NCBI GenBank assembly: GCA_021817505.1
Contig: JAKAUU010000008.1
Location: 1-52,380, forward strand
Origin: Candidatus Micrarchaeota archaeon
Lineage (GTDB): Archaea > Micrarchaeota > Micrarchaeia > Micrarchaeales > CABMGC01
Direction of reading: 5' to 3'
DNA length: 52,380 nucleotides
Translations under genes and position numbers: made by a program
Notes under the pieces: generated by a model
What the model saw: only the letters and a program-made list of their open reading frames with translations
What the model was told of the DNA's origin: nothing
Databases searched by the model: none
In this document: positions 1-9,006 of the stretch, one piece after another
Layout: the number at the start of each line of letters is the position of its first letter
Position numbering within the stretch: the stretch's first letter is position 1

Positions 1-1411
1 TCGTACAGCTCGTTATCGATGCTATTACAACGTCCCCTTCCGAGAGCTTTACATCATGGTTTTCATATTTTATAATAGCGCTCTTCGGAGCGGAATGCAT
101 AGGTGCACTCTTTATCTTGCCGTTGTCTGGAACCTCGCTCTCGCTAGACCATCTTGTGTAATCTTTCTGGGTTAATCCGTTTGCAGACTGCCCGTCCCCA
201 CTAAGGAAGATGTCGGTGAAATTTGATCGTATGCTGCTTAAAGGCATCTCCTGCTTAGGCTGCGAAGGCCCCGATACACTTGGCTTAATATCTGAAAGGT
301 CCACATTTACGACTTCGCTGTACCTTACCTTAGAATAGTCTATATCGAACATTTTCTGGGCTTTAAGGTATCTCTCTACAAGTTCTGTCTGGAAGTCGCT
401 CCTGCCCGTGCTTCTCATGTATCGCAGCGTCTCATGGTCAGGAGGGAATATCGCGATTGTGGCACCGTATTCAGGACACATGTTTGAGAGAGTTGCCCTG
501 TCTGGGAGGGATAATGATGCGATCCCAGGACCGAAAAACTCAACAAACATGTTCACTACCCCATGCTCTCTTAGTATCTTTGTAAGGGTTAGAGCGAAAT
601 CTGTTGCCGTTACTCCGTTGCCAAGCCTGCCATCAAGTTTCACGCCCAATACTTTTGGAGTTATGAATGATACAGGCTGCCCCAGAAGCGCAGCTTCGGC
701 TTCTATGCCTCCTACTCCAAATCCCACAACGCCCAGACCGTTTATCATTGTAGTGTGCGAGTCTGTGCCGACAAGCGTATCAGGGAATGCAACTCTGCTC
801 TTATCGACGTTCTTTAAGCTTATGCACGTAGCAAGATACTCTAGATTGACCTGATGGCATATCCCTGATGATGGAGGGAATACGCGGAAATTGTCCATTG
901 AGCTGCTTGCCCATTTCAAAAGCTTGTATCTCTCCCAGTTTCTCTCCATCTCAAGCTCCTGATTCTTAATCAGCGCCTCCTGGGAATTGAAGACATCGAC
1001 CTGGACCGAATGGTCTATTATCAGGTCGACGGGCATCAGAGGCTGTATCAGCTCTGGCGACATTTTATTATCAGAAACATACTTCCTCATGGCTGCAAGG
1101 TCGACTACTGCAGGAACGCCGGTGAAGTCCTGCATCAGGACTCTGGCAACCTTGAATGGTATATCACGGTCTGAAGGGTTTGTAGGATTCCAGTTTGCTA
1201 GCTCCCTGATGTCTTCAAGCTTTATCCCTTTGCCTTCGTAATTGCGAACCAGTGATTCTAGCACTATCCTTATAGAGTAAGGAAGCGGTGAGGTATCCCC
1301 GATGCCGAGCTCATTGAGCATTGGCAGTGAGTAATAGAATATTTCAGAACCATCCGACATTCTGAATGATGATTTAAGCTTTCGGCTCAGCTCTCCCGTA
1401 TCCTCGTCCAT
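1..1411 (-). CDS. acnA: Aconitate hydratase (aconitase A/IRP type), N-terminal ~470 aa; the gene continues past the left window edge
   Basis: Absent from the ORF track because it runs off the edge. My reverse-complement translation from ATG (1411..1409) reads MDEDTGELSRKLKSSFRMSDGSEIFYYSLP... It contains the aconitase signatures DHSVQVD, GTDSHTTMINGLG, NMCPEYGAT and ITSCT. The + ORFs 408..854 and 987..1241 are antisense shadows. Confidence 0.85.
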   Translation of the reverse strand, partial: MDEDTGELSRKLKSSFRMSDGSEIFYYSLPMLNELGIGDTSPLPYSIRIVLESLVRNYEGKGIKLEDIRELANWNPTNPSDRDIPFKVARVLMQDFTGVPAVVDLAAMRKYVSDNKMSPELIQPLMPVDLIIDHSVQVDVFNSQEALIKNQELEMERNWERYKLLKWASSSMDNFRVFPPSSGICHQVNLEYLATCISLKNVDKSRVAFPDTLVGTDSHTTMINGLGVVGFGVGGIEAEAALLGQPVSFITPKVLGVKLDGRLGNGVTATDFALTLTKILREHGVVNMFVEFFGPGIASLSLPDRATLSNMCPEYGATIAIFPPDHETLRYMRSTGRSDFQTELVERYLKAQKMFDIDYSKVRYSEVVNVDLSDIKPSVSGPSQPKQEMPLSSIRSNFTDIFLSGDGQSANGLTQKDYTRWSSESEVPDNGKIKSAPMHSAPKSAIIKYENHDVKLSEGDVVIASITSCT

Positions 1412-1631
1412 GAATAAGCATCTGCTTCTCAAATTTAAAAGGTTTAGCCAGATATGTTTTACCTTTATTTTGTATAATTAATAGCAAATTGGCATTGCAA
1501 TAACTGAACTCTGATCCGAGTTTAACTCGTAATAGACGGAACTTTATTTAGAAAACCTAGTAATAGAAAATAAGAAAAAGTGAAAGAATAAAAAATAAAA
1601 TAACTAACCTTCTTTCTGGGTCTTTGCAGTT

Positions 1632-2006
1632 TTACGCTTCCTCTTCCGATTCTTCTGAATCTGAAGGGGACTCTGCTGAGCTTGCCTCTTCTGGAGCTGA
1701 TTCAGCTTCACCGAGGACTTCGCCCATTGCAAATCTGGTCCTTACCTCTGTGATTTTTACTCTCAGAGTCTGGCCCTCCTTTGCATCCTTTACGAAGATT
1801 ACGAATCCGTCCTTCTTTGCTATTCCGTCTCCTTTTGAAGCCATAGCTTCTATCTTGACGTCTACTTCGTCTCCGACCTTTACAGGCTTTGGCAGGAAGT
1901 AATTAGGGTTTATACCTCTTCCTGAACCTCCGTGTCTGTCTCCTCTGTCTCCTCTGTCCCCTCTGTCTCCTCTTCTGTCATCTCCTCTTCCGAAATCTCT
2001 TGGCAT
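1632..2006 (-). CDS. TRAM-domain (OB-fold) RNA-binding protein with an N-terminal Arg/Gly/Asp repeat and an acidic C-terminal tail
   Basis: The core PVKVGDEVDVKIEAMASKGDGIAKKDGFVIFVKDAKEGQTLRVKITEVRTRFAMGEV matches stand-alone archaeal TRAM proteins. It is flanked by GDRGDRGDRGDR and by SDSEESEEEA. Confidence 0.7.
   Translation of the reverse strand: MPRDFGRGDDRRGDRGDRGDRGDRHGGSGRGINPNYFLPKPVKVGDEVDVKIEAMASKGDGIAKKDGFVIFVKDAKEGQTLRVKITEVRTRFAMGEVLGEAESAPEEASSAESPSDSEESEEEA
1935..1970 (-). repeat. In-frame 9-nt tandem repeat (4 copies) encoding (GDR)4 inside the TRAM gene
   Basis: The + strand reads tctcctctg tctcctctg tcccctctg tctcctctt, which gives GDRGDRGDRGDR on the - strand. Confidence 0.8.
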
Positions 2007-2092
2007 TTTATTTCCTCTGTAGGATCAGCGCTTTTAACTTCGCTTTTACTACTTCAATATAATTACTTATGTTATGATTTATAAATATATCG

Positions 2093-2746
2093 TTACTTTC
2101 GTCGAGAAGCCTTTTTGGGCTTGCTGCCAAGGGCTTTGAACATGGAATATGTGCTTTCGAATATGTAATCAGGCTTCATCTCCCTTAACAGTCCCATAGG
2201 ATCAAGGCCGTCCGCGACCGCGCATGCCTTCACGCCTGCGAACCTTGATGCATATATGTCAGATGCCATATCGCCGATATATACTGTCTTTGTTTTTTTT
2301 GTCCTATACTTGTCGACTATAAGCAGTATTCCTGAAGGGTCTGGCTTGTATCTGCCTATAGAGTCCGCGCTGAGTATGAAATCAACATACCGCAGCACAT
2401 TTGTGCGCCTCGTCTCGCTCAGCAGCCTGCTCGTATTTGAATCGCTGAAGATGCATACGCGCTTGCCCTTCCTCTTCAAAAGCTTAAGCATCTCTTCTGA
2501 GCCTGGCTTTAGCTTTGCATTTGAGAACCTTGCATAAAGCTGATATACCTTCGAGACTAACCTGCTCTCCTCTTCCTTTATCTGAAGGTCAGCTATTGAC
2601 CTTACCTTATATTCTTCCTTATGCTTCATTATATAGTTGAGCCTGTACCTTGCCTTTAGCATCTTGGAGATGCGTATGAGCGTGCCTGATGTGGCAAGAG
2701 TGCCGTCCCAGTCGAAAATGAAGAGTTCGTTTTCCTGCAGTGGCAT
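2093..2746 (-). CDS. HAD-superfamily hydrolase (phosphatase-like)
   Basis: N-terminal motif I FIFDWDGTL. Later motifs are FSDSN and the C-terminal YIGDMASD (motif IV). Confidence 0.7.
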   Translation of the reverse strand: MPLQENELFIFDWDGTLATSGTLIRISKMLKARYRLNYIMKHKEEYKVRSIADLQIKEEESRLVSKVYQLYARFSNAKLKPGSEEMLKLLKRKGKRVCIFSDSNTSRLLSETRRTNVLRYVDFILSADSIGRYKPDPSGILLIVDKYRTKKTKTVYIGDMASDIYASRFAGVKACAVADGLDPMGLLREMKPDYIFESTYSMFKALGSKPKKASRRK

Positions 2747-2847
2747 AGAGTTATTAATATTATTAGCAATTAAAAAGCCATATGATGAGATAGGTGATCG
2801 CTGAGCTTAGGCTATGACGATTGGTAGGCGGTCTGACGGTGTTTTAA

Positions 2848-3723
2848 ATGCGAAAAGGGATCCTTGAAGAGCTCAACAAGAGCAGCATTACAGTCACGGA
2901 TCTCGCAAATCAGTCCTGGTGCGAGTACAAAGTCTATTTGTCATGCACCCAGAAGGAGAAGCAGACATATGCGATGCGTGCCGGGGAAGCTGTCCATATG
3001 AATCTGCAGAAGGAGGTTTACAAGGAGTTGTCTGTAGAGCCTGTGAACTATCCCGATGTGATATACAAGAATGCTTATGAGAGCATAATGACCATGAATA
3101 GCGTCATTGATAACGGCAAGGGGAGGGAGCTAAAGATAGAAGGGGATATTGACGGCTTTACCATACGTGGAAAGATAGACGAACTGATAGCAGAGAACGG
3201 CCAAACGGTGATAGTTGAGAACAAGACGGTGAACGGCAGCAGTGGGGCGCATAACAACGCAATCAGGGAGATGCACTCCGTACAGGCGATGGTATACAGG
3301 CTGATGCTAAAGAACATAATTGAGAAGAGATATACATTCAAAAAATACTATGATTCAAACAGGATAAGCGGGATGAAGCTCTCTCCGCAGTTCATACAGG
3401 GGCTTAAAGATATAGGGATGAAGGAAGATATGATAAATATAGGTGCAATCTGCCTGAATATGTTCGAGGCATATGCCCGGCTTCCTAAGATAAGCGATGA
3501 CCTGATCATACGATATATCGATAGGGAGAGCAAGAGTATTGTAGAGGAGGTTAGGCTGAAGTATGATTATGCCTGGCTGAGCAAGATACTCCAAAAGGAC
3601 CTTTTGTTCTGGAACAAGCAGAAAGCGCCTGAACCTGTTCCTAAAGAAGAGTCATGGAGATGCAGGAGCTGCTACTTCCTTAAGATCAAAAAGTGCTCCT
3701 TTGGTATTAGCTATCTGAGTTAA
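2848..3723 (+). CDS. Cas4-like PD-(D/E)XK nuclease with a 4-Cys cluster (stand-alone, no cas neighbours)
   Basis: N-terminal Cys (QSWCEYKVYL). Nuclease motifs are GKIDEL and IVENKT (D...ExK) and QAMVY (QxxxY). The C-terminal WRCRSCYFLKIKKC gives the other three Cys. Confidence 0.6.
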   Translation: MRKGILEELNKSSITVTDLANQSWCEYKVYLSCTQKEKQTYAMRAGEAVHMNLQKEVYKELSVEPVNYPDVIYKNAYESIMTMNSVIDNGKGRELKIEGDIDGFTIRGKIDELIAENGQTVIVENKTVNGSSGAHNNAIREMHSVQAMVYRLMLKNIIEKRYTFKKYYDSNRISGMKLSPQFIQGLKDIGMKEDMINIGAICLNMFEAYARLPKISDDLIIRYIDRESKSIVEEVRLKYDYAWLSKILQKDLLFWNKQKAPEPVPKEESWRCRSCYFLKIKKCSFGISYLS

Positions 3724-4244
3724 GAGAGGATCCCTGATAGAGTAAGCGCGGCAAGTGTGCTGCCGTTCCTCCATTTCCCTGCCGCTATCTGCCTTTTAAG
3801 CTCAGTTATTGTAATCGTGCTTGTCTCTATGTCTTCATTGTCATCAAGTCTCTGCTCGCCTTTATCCTTCAACCCAATTGCCCTAAATACATATCCCTTG
3901 GAGTACTCTGACGTAAATGAGCATATGTATGAAAATTTTCCTCCGGTGTATCCTGTCTCCTCGGCAAGCTCCCTCTTCGCAGCTTTGAGAGGAGATTCTC
4001 TCTTGTTTATGAACCCGGCTGGGATAAGGAGCTGGATCTCGCCCACCGCATGTCTGTACTCCTTCAATGCTATAACTCTGTTTTTTGTGTCAGTAGCAAC
4101 TATCATTACAAAATCAGGCTTCTTTACGCGCATGAACTCAGTAAAGACATTTTTCTTAGGTATCCATACCTTGTCAGCGTATAAATCCATGTATCTTGAA
4201 TGATATGCCCTTTTTGCGCTGATAACCTTCCACTTTCTAATCAT
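3720..4244 (-). CDS. NUDIX hydrolase (ADP-ribose pyrophosphatase-like)
   Basis: Nudix box GFINKRESPLKAAKRELAEETGY. The ORF extends to 4328, but that start would overlap the divergent alaS. The internal Met at 4244 (MIRKWKVISAK...) leaves a 67-nt divergent intergenic region. Confidence 0.75.
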   Translation of the reverse strand: MIRKWKVISAKRAYHSRYMDLYADKVWIPKKNVFTEFMRVKKPDFVMIVATDTKNRVIALKEYRHAVGEIQLLIPAGFINKRESPLKAAKRELAEETGYTGGKFSYICSFTSEYSKGYVFRAIGLKDKGEQRLDDNEDIETSTITITELKRQIAAGKWRNGSTLAALTLSGILS

Positions 4245-4311
4245 AGGAACACTGGTGTATTGGCGCCAACCATTTATAAATAATCTGTCCTTAATCTTAA
4301 GTGTAGATTTG

Positions 4312-7002
4312 ATGTTTGAGAATATCACGCTTGATAAAAGCTCATTGAGAAAGGAGTTCTCAAAGGATTACAAGAGTTATTACAATACAAAGCTCTTTGA
4401 TGACCTTGGCTTCAGCAGGCACACCTGCAGGATATGCCATAAGAACTTCTGGAGCCTTGAAGACAGGGATGTGTGCGAGGATCCTGAGCATACTGAGTAC
4501 TCGTTCTTCAAGGATAAGAAGCGTGACATAAGTTATGTTGGCATGTGGAAGAAGTTTGCAGATTTCTTCAAGAAGAACGGGCATGAGGTCATCCCAAAAT
4601 ATCCTGTAGTGAGCAGATGGAGAAGAGACCTCTTCTTCACAATAGCCAGCATACAGGACTTCCAGAGGATAGAGAATGGGCTGATGGGCTTCGAGTACAA
4701 TGCAAATCCGCTGGTCGTTCCCCAGATATGCCTGCGCTTTGGAGATGTTGAGAATACGGGAGTCACAGGCAGGCACTTTACCAGCTTCATGATGGCGGGG
4801 CAGCATGCCTTCAACTGGCCGAAGGAAGGCTACTGGAGGGACAGATGCATAGAACTCAACTACAAGTTCCTGACTGATGAGATAGGAGTCAAAAAGGAGG
4901 ACCTTGTCTACAATGAAGACGTGTGGGCGATGGGCGACTTCTCGGAATTCGGTCCTTCTCTTGAGAGCTTCGCAAGCGGATGCGAGCTTGTCAACAGCGT
5001 TTTCACCCAGTTTGAGAACTCAAACGGCTCTGTCAAGGAATTCAAGGGCAAGGTGGTGGACGTAGGCTGGGGCTTTGAGAGGTTACTCTGGTATTACACA
5101 GGATATGACACGGCGTATGAAGCGGTCTTCAAAGGCATACTTAACAAAATAGAGAAAAAGAGCGATGTCGCATTTGACAAAAAGCTCTTCGACAAATTTG
5201 CAAAGCACTCTGCAAAGATAGACTTCTCAGAAAAGGCCGGTGGAAAGGTAGAGGATTCAATCCTGAAGGAGCTTGGGATATCTAAGAAGGATTATAACGA
5301 GAAGGTCAAACCACTGCAGGCGCTGTATGCAGTTCTTGACCATTCGAGGACGCTGCTCTTTGCAGTTTCAGACGGAGCGCTTCCTTCAAACATCGGAGGG
5401 GGGTACAACCTGAGAGTGATACTTAGAAGGGCGCTCAGCTTCATAGAGGAGTACAACCTTGGGATAGGCCTCGATGAAGTTGCGGAGATGCATGCGAAGG
5501 ACCTAAAGGGATTGTACCCTGACCTTGAAGAGAATCTCGACATACTCTCAAAGGTCATCGGAATAGAGGGCAAACGCTATGCAGCAACAAAGGAGAACGG
5601 TTCGAAGATAATAGATAAGATAATAGCAAAGGGCTCAACAATAGAGGTAAAGGAGCTGCGCACTCTTTACGAGAGCAACGGCATAACCCCTGAACTGATC
5701 TCCTCTGTAGCAGCAAAGAAAGGGGTGCATGTTGAGATACCTAGGGATGCGTACGAAGGCATAATTAAAGGAGATTTCAACAGGGAACGGGAGACGAAGA
5801 AGAAGATAAGCATTGATATTGGGAAATTTACAAAGACAGAGCAGTTATACTACAAGCTTGCTGAAGAGTCTGAATCGGAGGTGCTATATGCCGATAAGGA
5901 GCACGTAGTACTTGACAAGACTCCATTCTATCCTGAGGGAGGGGGGCAGGAAGCAGATCATGGAACGATCGATGGTGCGAAGGTAAAGGATGTGCAGAAG
6001 TACGGCAATGTCATAGTGCATTTCATAGAAGGTGGCAGCGTAAAGAAAGGCTCCAGGGTAAGATGCATTGTCGACCATGAGAGGAGACAGAATCTGATGG
6101 TGCACCATACTGCGACCCATCTGATGAATGCCACCTTGAGGAACGTACTTGGCAAGCATGCCTGGCAGGAGGGTACCAGGAAGGAAGAGGATAAGGCGCA
6201 TATAGACGTCACCCATTATGACAAGCTTTACGAAAGCGATATCGAAAAGATAGAGGATTTTGCCAACAGGACCCTCTCAAAAGGGATAAGGGTGAAGGTT
6301 ACGGACATGGAGCGCGGCGAAGCAGAGAAGAGGTATGGATTTACGATATACCAGGGACATGGCGTGCCATCTAAGATAATGAGGATAGTGACTATAGAAT
6401 CGGTTGACGGGAAACTGGTTGATGCAGAGGCCTGCGGAGGCCTGCACGTCGCAGGAATGGAGCAGATGATCGGCATGATAAAGGTCATAGGCACCTCCAG
6501 AGTATCTGACGGCGTGGACAGGGTAGATTTTGTTGCAGGAAGACCTGCACTCAAGTACTTCCAGGAGTCTTATAAGCAGCTGAGAATGATATCACAGACC
6601 CTTAATGCAGAGCTTTCAAGCACCGGCGAAAGGGTTCAGGGACTTCTTGAAGAGAAGCTTTCGATAGAAAAAGAGCGTACGAAGATGCTTGAGGAGATAG
6701 CAAAGGCAGTGGCTGATTCGGAGGAGGTTGCAGAATCTGTAAATAAGGCCGTATCTAAAAAGGAGAAGGTCGCAGAGGCAAAGCTCAACTACAATAAGCA
6801 GGTTTTGAGGAAGGCAATAGGGAATATATCCTCCAAATATAAGGGCCTTACGATAATACTTGAGAGCCATTCTGGAGAGGTTCTTGCTTCAAGAGGCGCG
6901 GATTCGGATGTTGCGGCAGTGGATGCCCTTAGGAAAAAGTTTGGGAGCAGGTTCAAGGGGGGTGGCAGCAGAGACTATGCTGAGGGAAGGATAGAGTCGT
7001 GA
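4312..7002 (+). CDS. alaS: Alanyl-tRNA synthetase, archaeal type
   Basis: Length near 900 aa with the editing-domain motifs HHTATH and CGGLHV. The longest ORF begins at 4255; I prefer the Met at 4312 (MFENITLDK...) to avoid overlapping the Nudix gene. Confidence 0.9.
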   Translation: MFENITLDKSSLRKEFSKDYKSYYNTKLFDDLGFSRHTCRICHKNFWSLEDRDVCEDPEHTEYSFFKDKKRDISYVGMWKKFADFFKKNGHEVIPKYPVVSRWRRDLFFTIASIQDFQRIENGLMGFEYNANPLVVPQICLRFGDVENTGVTGRHFTSFMMAGQHAFNWPKEGYWRDRCIELNYKFLTDEIGVKKEDLVYNEDVWAMGDFSEFGPSLESFASGCELVNSVFTQFENSNGSVKEFKGKVVDVGWGFERLLWYYTGYDTAYEAVFKGILNKIEKKSDVAFDKKLFDKFAKHSAKIDFSEKAGGKVEDSILKELGISKKDYNEKVKPLQALYAVLDHSRTLLFAVSDGALPSNIGGGYNLRVILRRALSFIEEYNLGIGLDEVAEMHAKDLKGLYPDLEENLDILSKVIGIEGKRYAATKENGSKIIDKIIAKGSTIEVKELRTLYESNGITPELISSVAAKKGVHVEIPRDAYEGIIKGDFNRERETKKKISIDIGKFTKTEQLYYKLAEESESEVLYADKEHVVLDKTPFYPEGGGQEADHGTIDGAKVKDVQKYGNVIVHFIEGGSVKKGSRVRCIVDHERRQNLMVHHTATHLMNATLRNVLGKHAWQEGTRKEEDKAHIDVTHYDKLYESDIEKIEDFANRTLSKGIRVKVTDMERGEAEKRYGFTIYQGHGVPSKIMRIVTIESVDGKLVDAEACGGLHVAGMEQMIGMIKVIGTSRVSDGVDRVDFVAGRPALKYFQESYKQLRMISQTLNAELSSTGERVQGLLEEKLSIEKERTKMLEEIAKAVADSEEVAESVNKAVSKKEKVAEAKLNYNKQVLRKAIGNISSKYKGLTIILESHSGEVLASRGADSDVAAVDALRKKFGSRFKGGGSRDYAEGRIES

Positions 7003-7006
7003 GAGG

Positions 7007-7513
7007 ATGTCTAATTTCTTGTACCTGCTTATAGTTTATCCTTTAATCTACATCTTCCCCGCATATGTTGCCAACGGCGCCCCTGTAATATTCGGAGGCG
7101 GGATGCCACTTGACCTTAACAAAAAGATACGTGGAAAGCCGATATTCGGAAGCCACAAGACAGTACGCGGACTGGTAGCTGGTCTCTTATCAGGATTCAT
7201 AATAGCATACTTGGAATCGGTAATATTCGGATTGCCTTATATCCTTGCAATAGGGATACTGTTGAGCATAGGCACGCATGTCGGGGATCTGTTCGGAAGC
7301 TTTTTGAAGAGAAGGATGGGTACGAAGGAGGGAGTCAGCATGCCGATAATGGATATCTACCTTTTCCTGCTCTTCGCATTCGTCTTTGCTTTCCCATTAG
7401 GCAATCTTCCAACATGGTATGGAATGCTTTTCATAATCATACTTACAGGAGTTCTGCATAAAGGGACCAACATAGCTGCATACCTTATGAAGCTGAAGAA
7501 AGTACCTTGGTAA
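7007..7513 (+). CDS. carS: CDP-archaeol synthase (CarS, DUF46 family)
   Basis: YVANGAPVIFGGGMPLD...GSHKTVRGL matches the CarS signature. It is a multi-TM protein of 168 aa, 4 nt downstream of alaS. Confidence 0.75.
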   Translation: MSNFLYLLIVYPLIYIFPAYVANGAPVIFGGGMPLDLNKKIRGKPIFGSHKTVRGLVAGLLSGFIIAYLESVIFGLPYILAIGILLSIGTHVGDLFGSFLKRRMGTKEGVSMPIMDIYLFLLFAFVFAFPLGNLPTWYGMLFIIILTGVLHKGTNIAAYLMKLKKVPW

Positions 7514-7539
7514 GCGTCAGCCTGTATTGCATCTTTGGA

Positions 7540-9006
7540 TTATGCCTCCCATATCCAAGGCAGAACATTGATCAGAATTGCAAGCACTGCGATTATCGCT
7601 ATCATCTTTACGATTCTCTTATCCTTTATGCTTGTCTGGAAGATGCGCCATCCGTCAAATCCAGGTATGGGCAGCAGGTTTACAACGCCTACAAGAAAGT
7701 TTAGTATTGCTGAGAGCGCTACGAACGTATATATGAAATATATAAACTGTGATGCGATGTTCCCGGTAATGGGTCCGCTCTCTTGCAAAAGATCCACCCC
7801 TATCTTCCCATTAGAAGCAGCGACAAGCGAGTATGAACCCTGGTTAGTGACGACATTTACCGTTGAGTAAGGCTTATCCTGGGAGGCCGCAGCTGTCAAG
7901 GAGCTTATGTTGCTTATAGCATGCCCGTTCCATGAGTATATTATGCTTCCAGGGGTTATCACATTGTATGCTGGCGAACCGTTCACGACAGCAGATACTG
8001 TAATTACGCTTGTTACGAAGTTCGGCAGCACATAGGCCAGCATCAGGACAAGAATTGCTGTGAATATGAGCGAGAGCAGCAGATTAGACGCTATGCCTGC
8101 GGAGAATATCCTGTTCTGTTCATGCTGCTTCAGCTTAAGCAGCTTCTTCTCATCAGGCTCTACGTATGCCCCCATAGGTATTATGCCGAAGACGACAAGA
8201 CCTATTGATTTTATATTCAGCTTCGAGACCTTCGATAGCACCCCATGCGAGAACTCGTGAACTATTAGTATAACTGCAAGTGCAAGTATTCCTGCAAATA
8301 TTGGGATTGTTATCCCAGGTATTAGTGGTGCGACTCCTGGAACCTGGCTCGATAGCGCTGAGACATTTGGCACAGTAGTCGATAGTGATAACAGGTATAC
8401 TGCTATCCCATACGATATGCTTGCCGCATTGTAGATTATTGAATAGAAGATGAATAAGGTGAATCCGCCTATGAAATTGACAAGGTAGAGGGCATATGCG
8501 AAAAGATCTAGCGCAGGAGATGCTGTTGCAGAAGTGGACAGTCTTGAACTTATCTGGGGGATGTTTATGAAGCTGAAGGATGCTGCCATGAAAGGAACCG
8601 CAAAAGCCATTATGAAAACTGCCGAGAGTGCCCCGAATACTGCCATCTTTGCGCTTATCCTCTTCCTGAACATCAGGTATGAGAGAAGTCCGAAGCCTGT
8701 TGCAAGCCCCCAGTCGGCCATGAAGATCCAGAATCGCGGCTTCGTTTTTGCAAGCTTTTCTATTATCCACACGCCTCTTGGAGTCCCTAACATATACATG
8801 CCGAAGAAGCCCGGCAGCCTGTTCGCATTGCTTATCATGAATCCGGATATGAACAGGATGATTATTGCGATAGGCCAGCTTATTGCAGGGCTTAGCCCGC
8901 TGAAGTATAGGTATACTATTGCAAAGATCACAGCCAAAGCTATGATTGCGCTTGATAGAACATTCAAAGTAGTCCTTGTGCTTTCACTTTTTTCTTTTCT
9001 GGGCAT
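7540..9006 (-). CDS. Site-2 protease (M50 family intramembrane metalloprotease) with a probable PDZ domain
   Basis: HEFSHG zinc motif in a TM helix and the NLLPIPGFDGWRI (NxxPxxxxDG) motif near the C-terminus. It is polytopic, with a soluble insert between the motifs. Its ATG directly follows the stop of the 2018-aa ORF. Confidence 0.8.
   Translation of the reverse strand: MPRKEKSESTRTTLNVLSSAIIALAVIFAIVYLYFSGLSPAISWPIAIIILFISGFMISNANRLPGFFGMYMLGTPRGVWIIEKLAKTKPRFWIFMADWGLATGFGLLSYLMFRKRISAKMAVFGALSAVFIMAFAVPFMAASFSFINIPQISSRLSTSATASPALDLFAYALYLVNFIGGFTLFIFYSIIYNAASISYGIAVYLLSLSTTVPNVSALSSQVPGVAPLIPGITIPIFAGILALAVILIVHEFSHGVLSKVSKLNIKSIGLVVFGIIPMGAYVEPDEKKLLKLKQHEQNRIFSAGIASNLLLSLIFTAILVLMLAYVLPNFVTSVITVSAVVNGSPAYNVITPGSIIYSWNGHAISNISSLTAAASQDKPYSTVNVVTNQGSYSLVAASNGKIGVDLLQESGPITGNIASQFIYFIYTFVALSAILNFLVGVVNLLPIPGFDGWRIFQTSIKDKRIVKMIAIIAVLAILINVLPWIWEA

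Noticed and set aside
4255-4328. Apparent 74-nt head-to-head overlap of the alaS and Nudix ORFs
   Set aside because: This is an artefact of taking the longest ORFs. Internal Met codons (4312 for alaS, 4244 for Nudix) give a normal divergent intergenic region.
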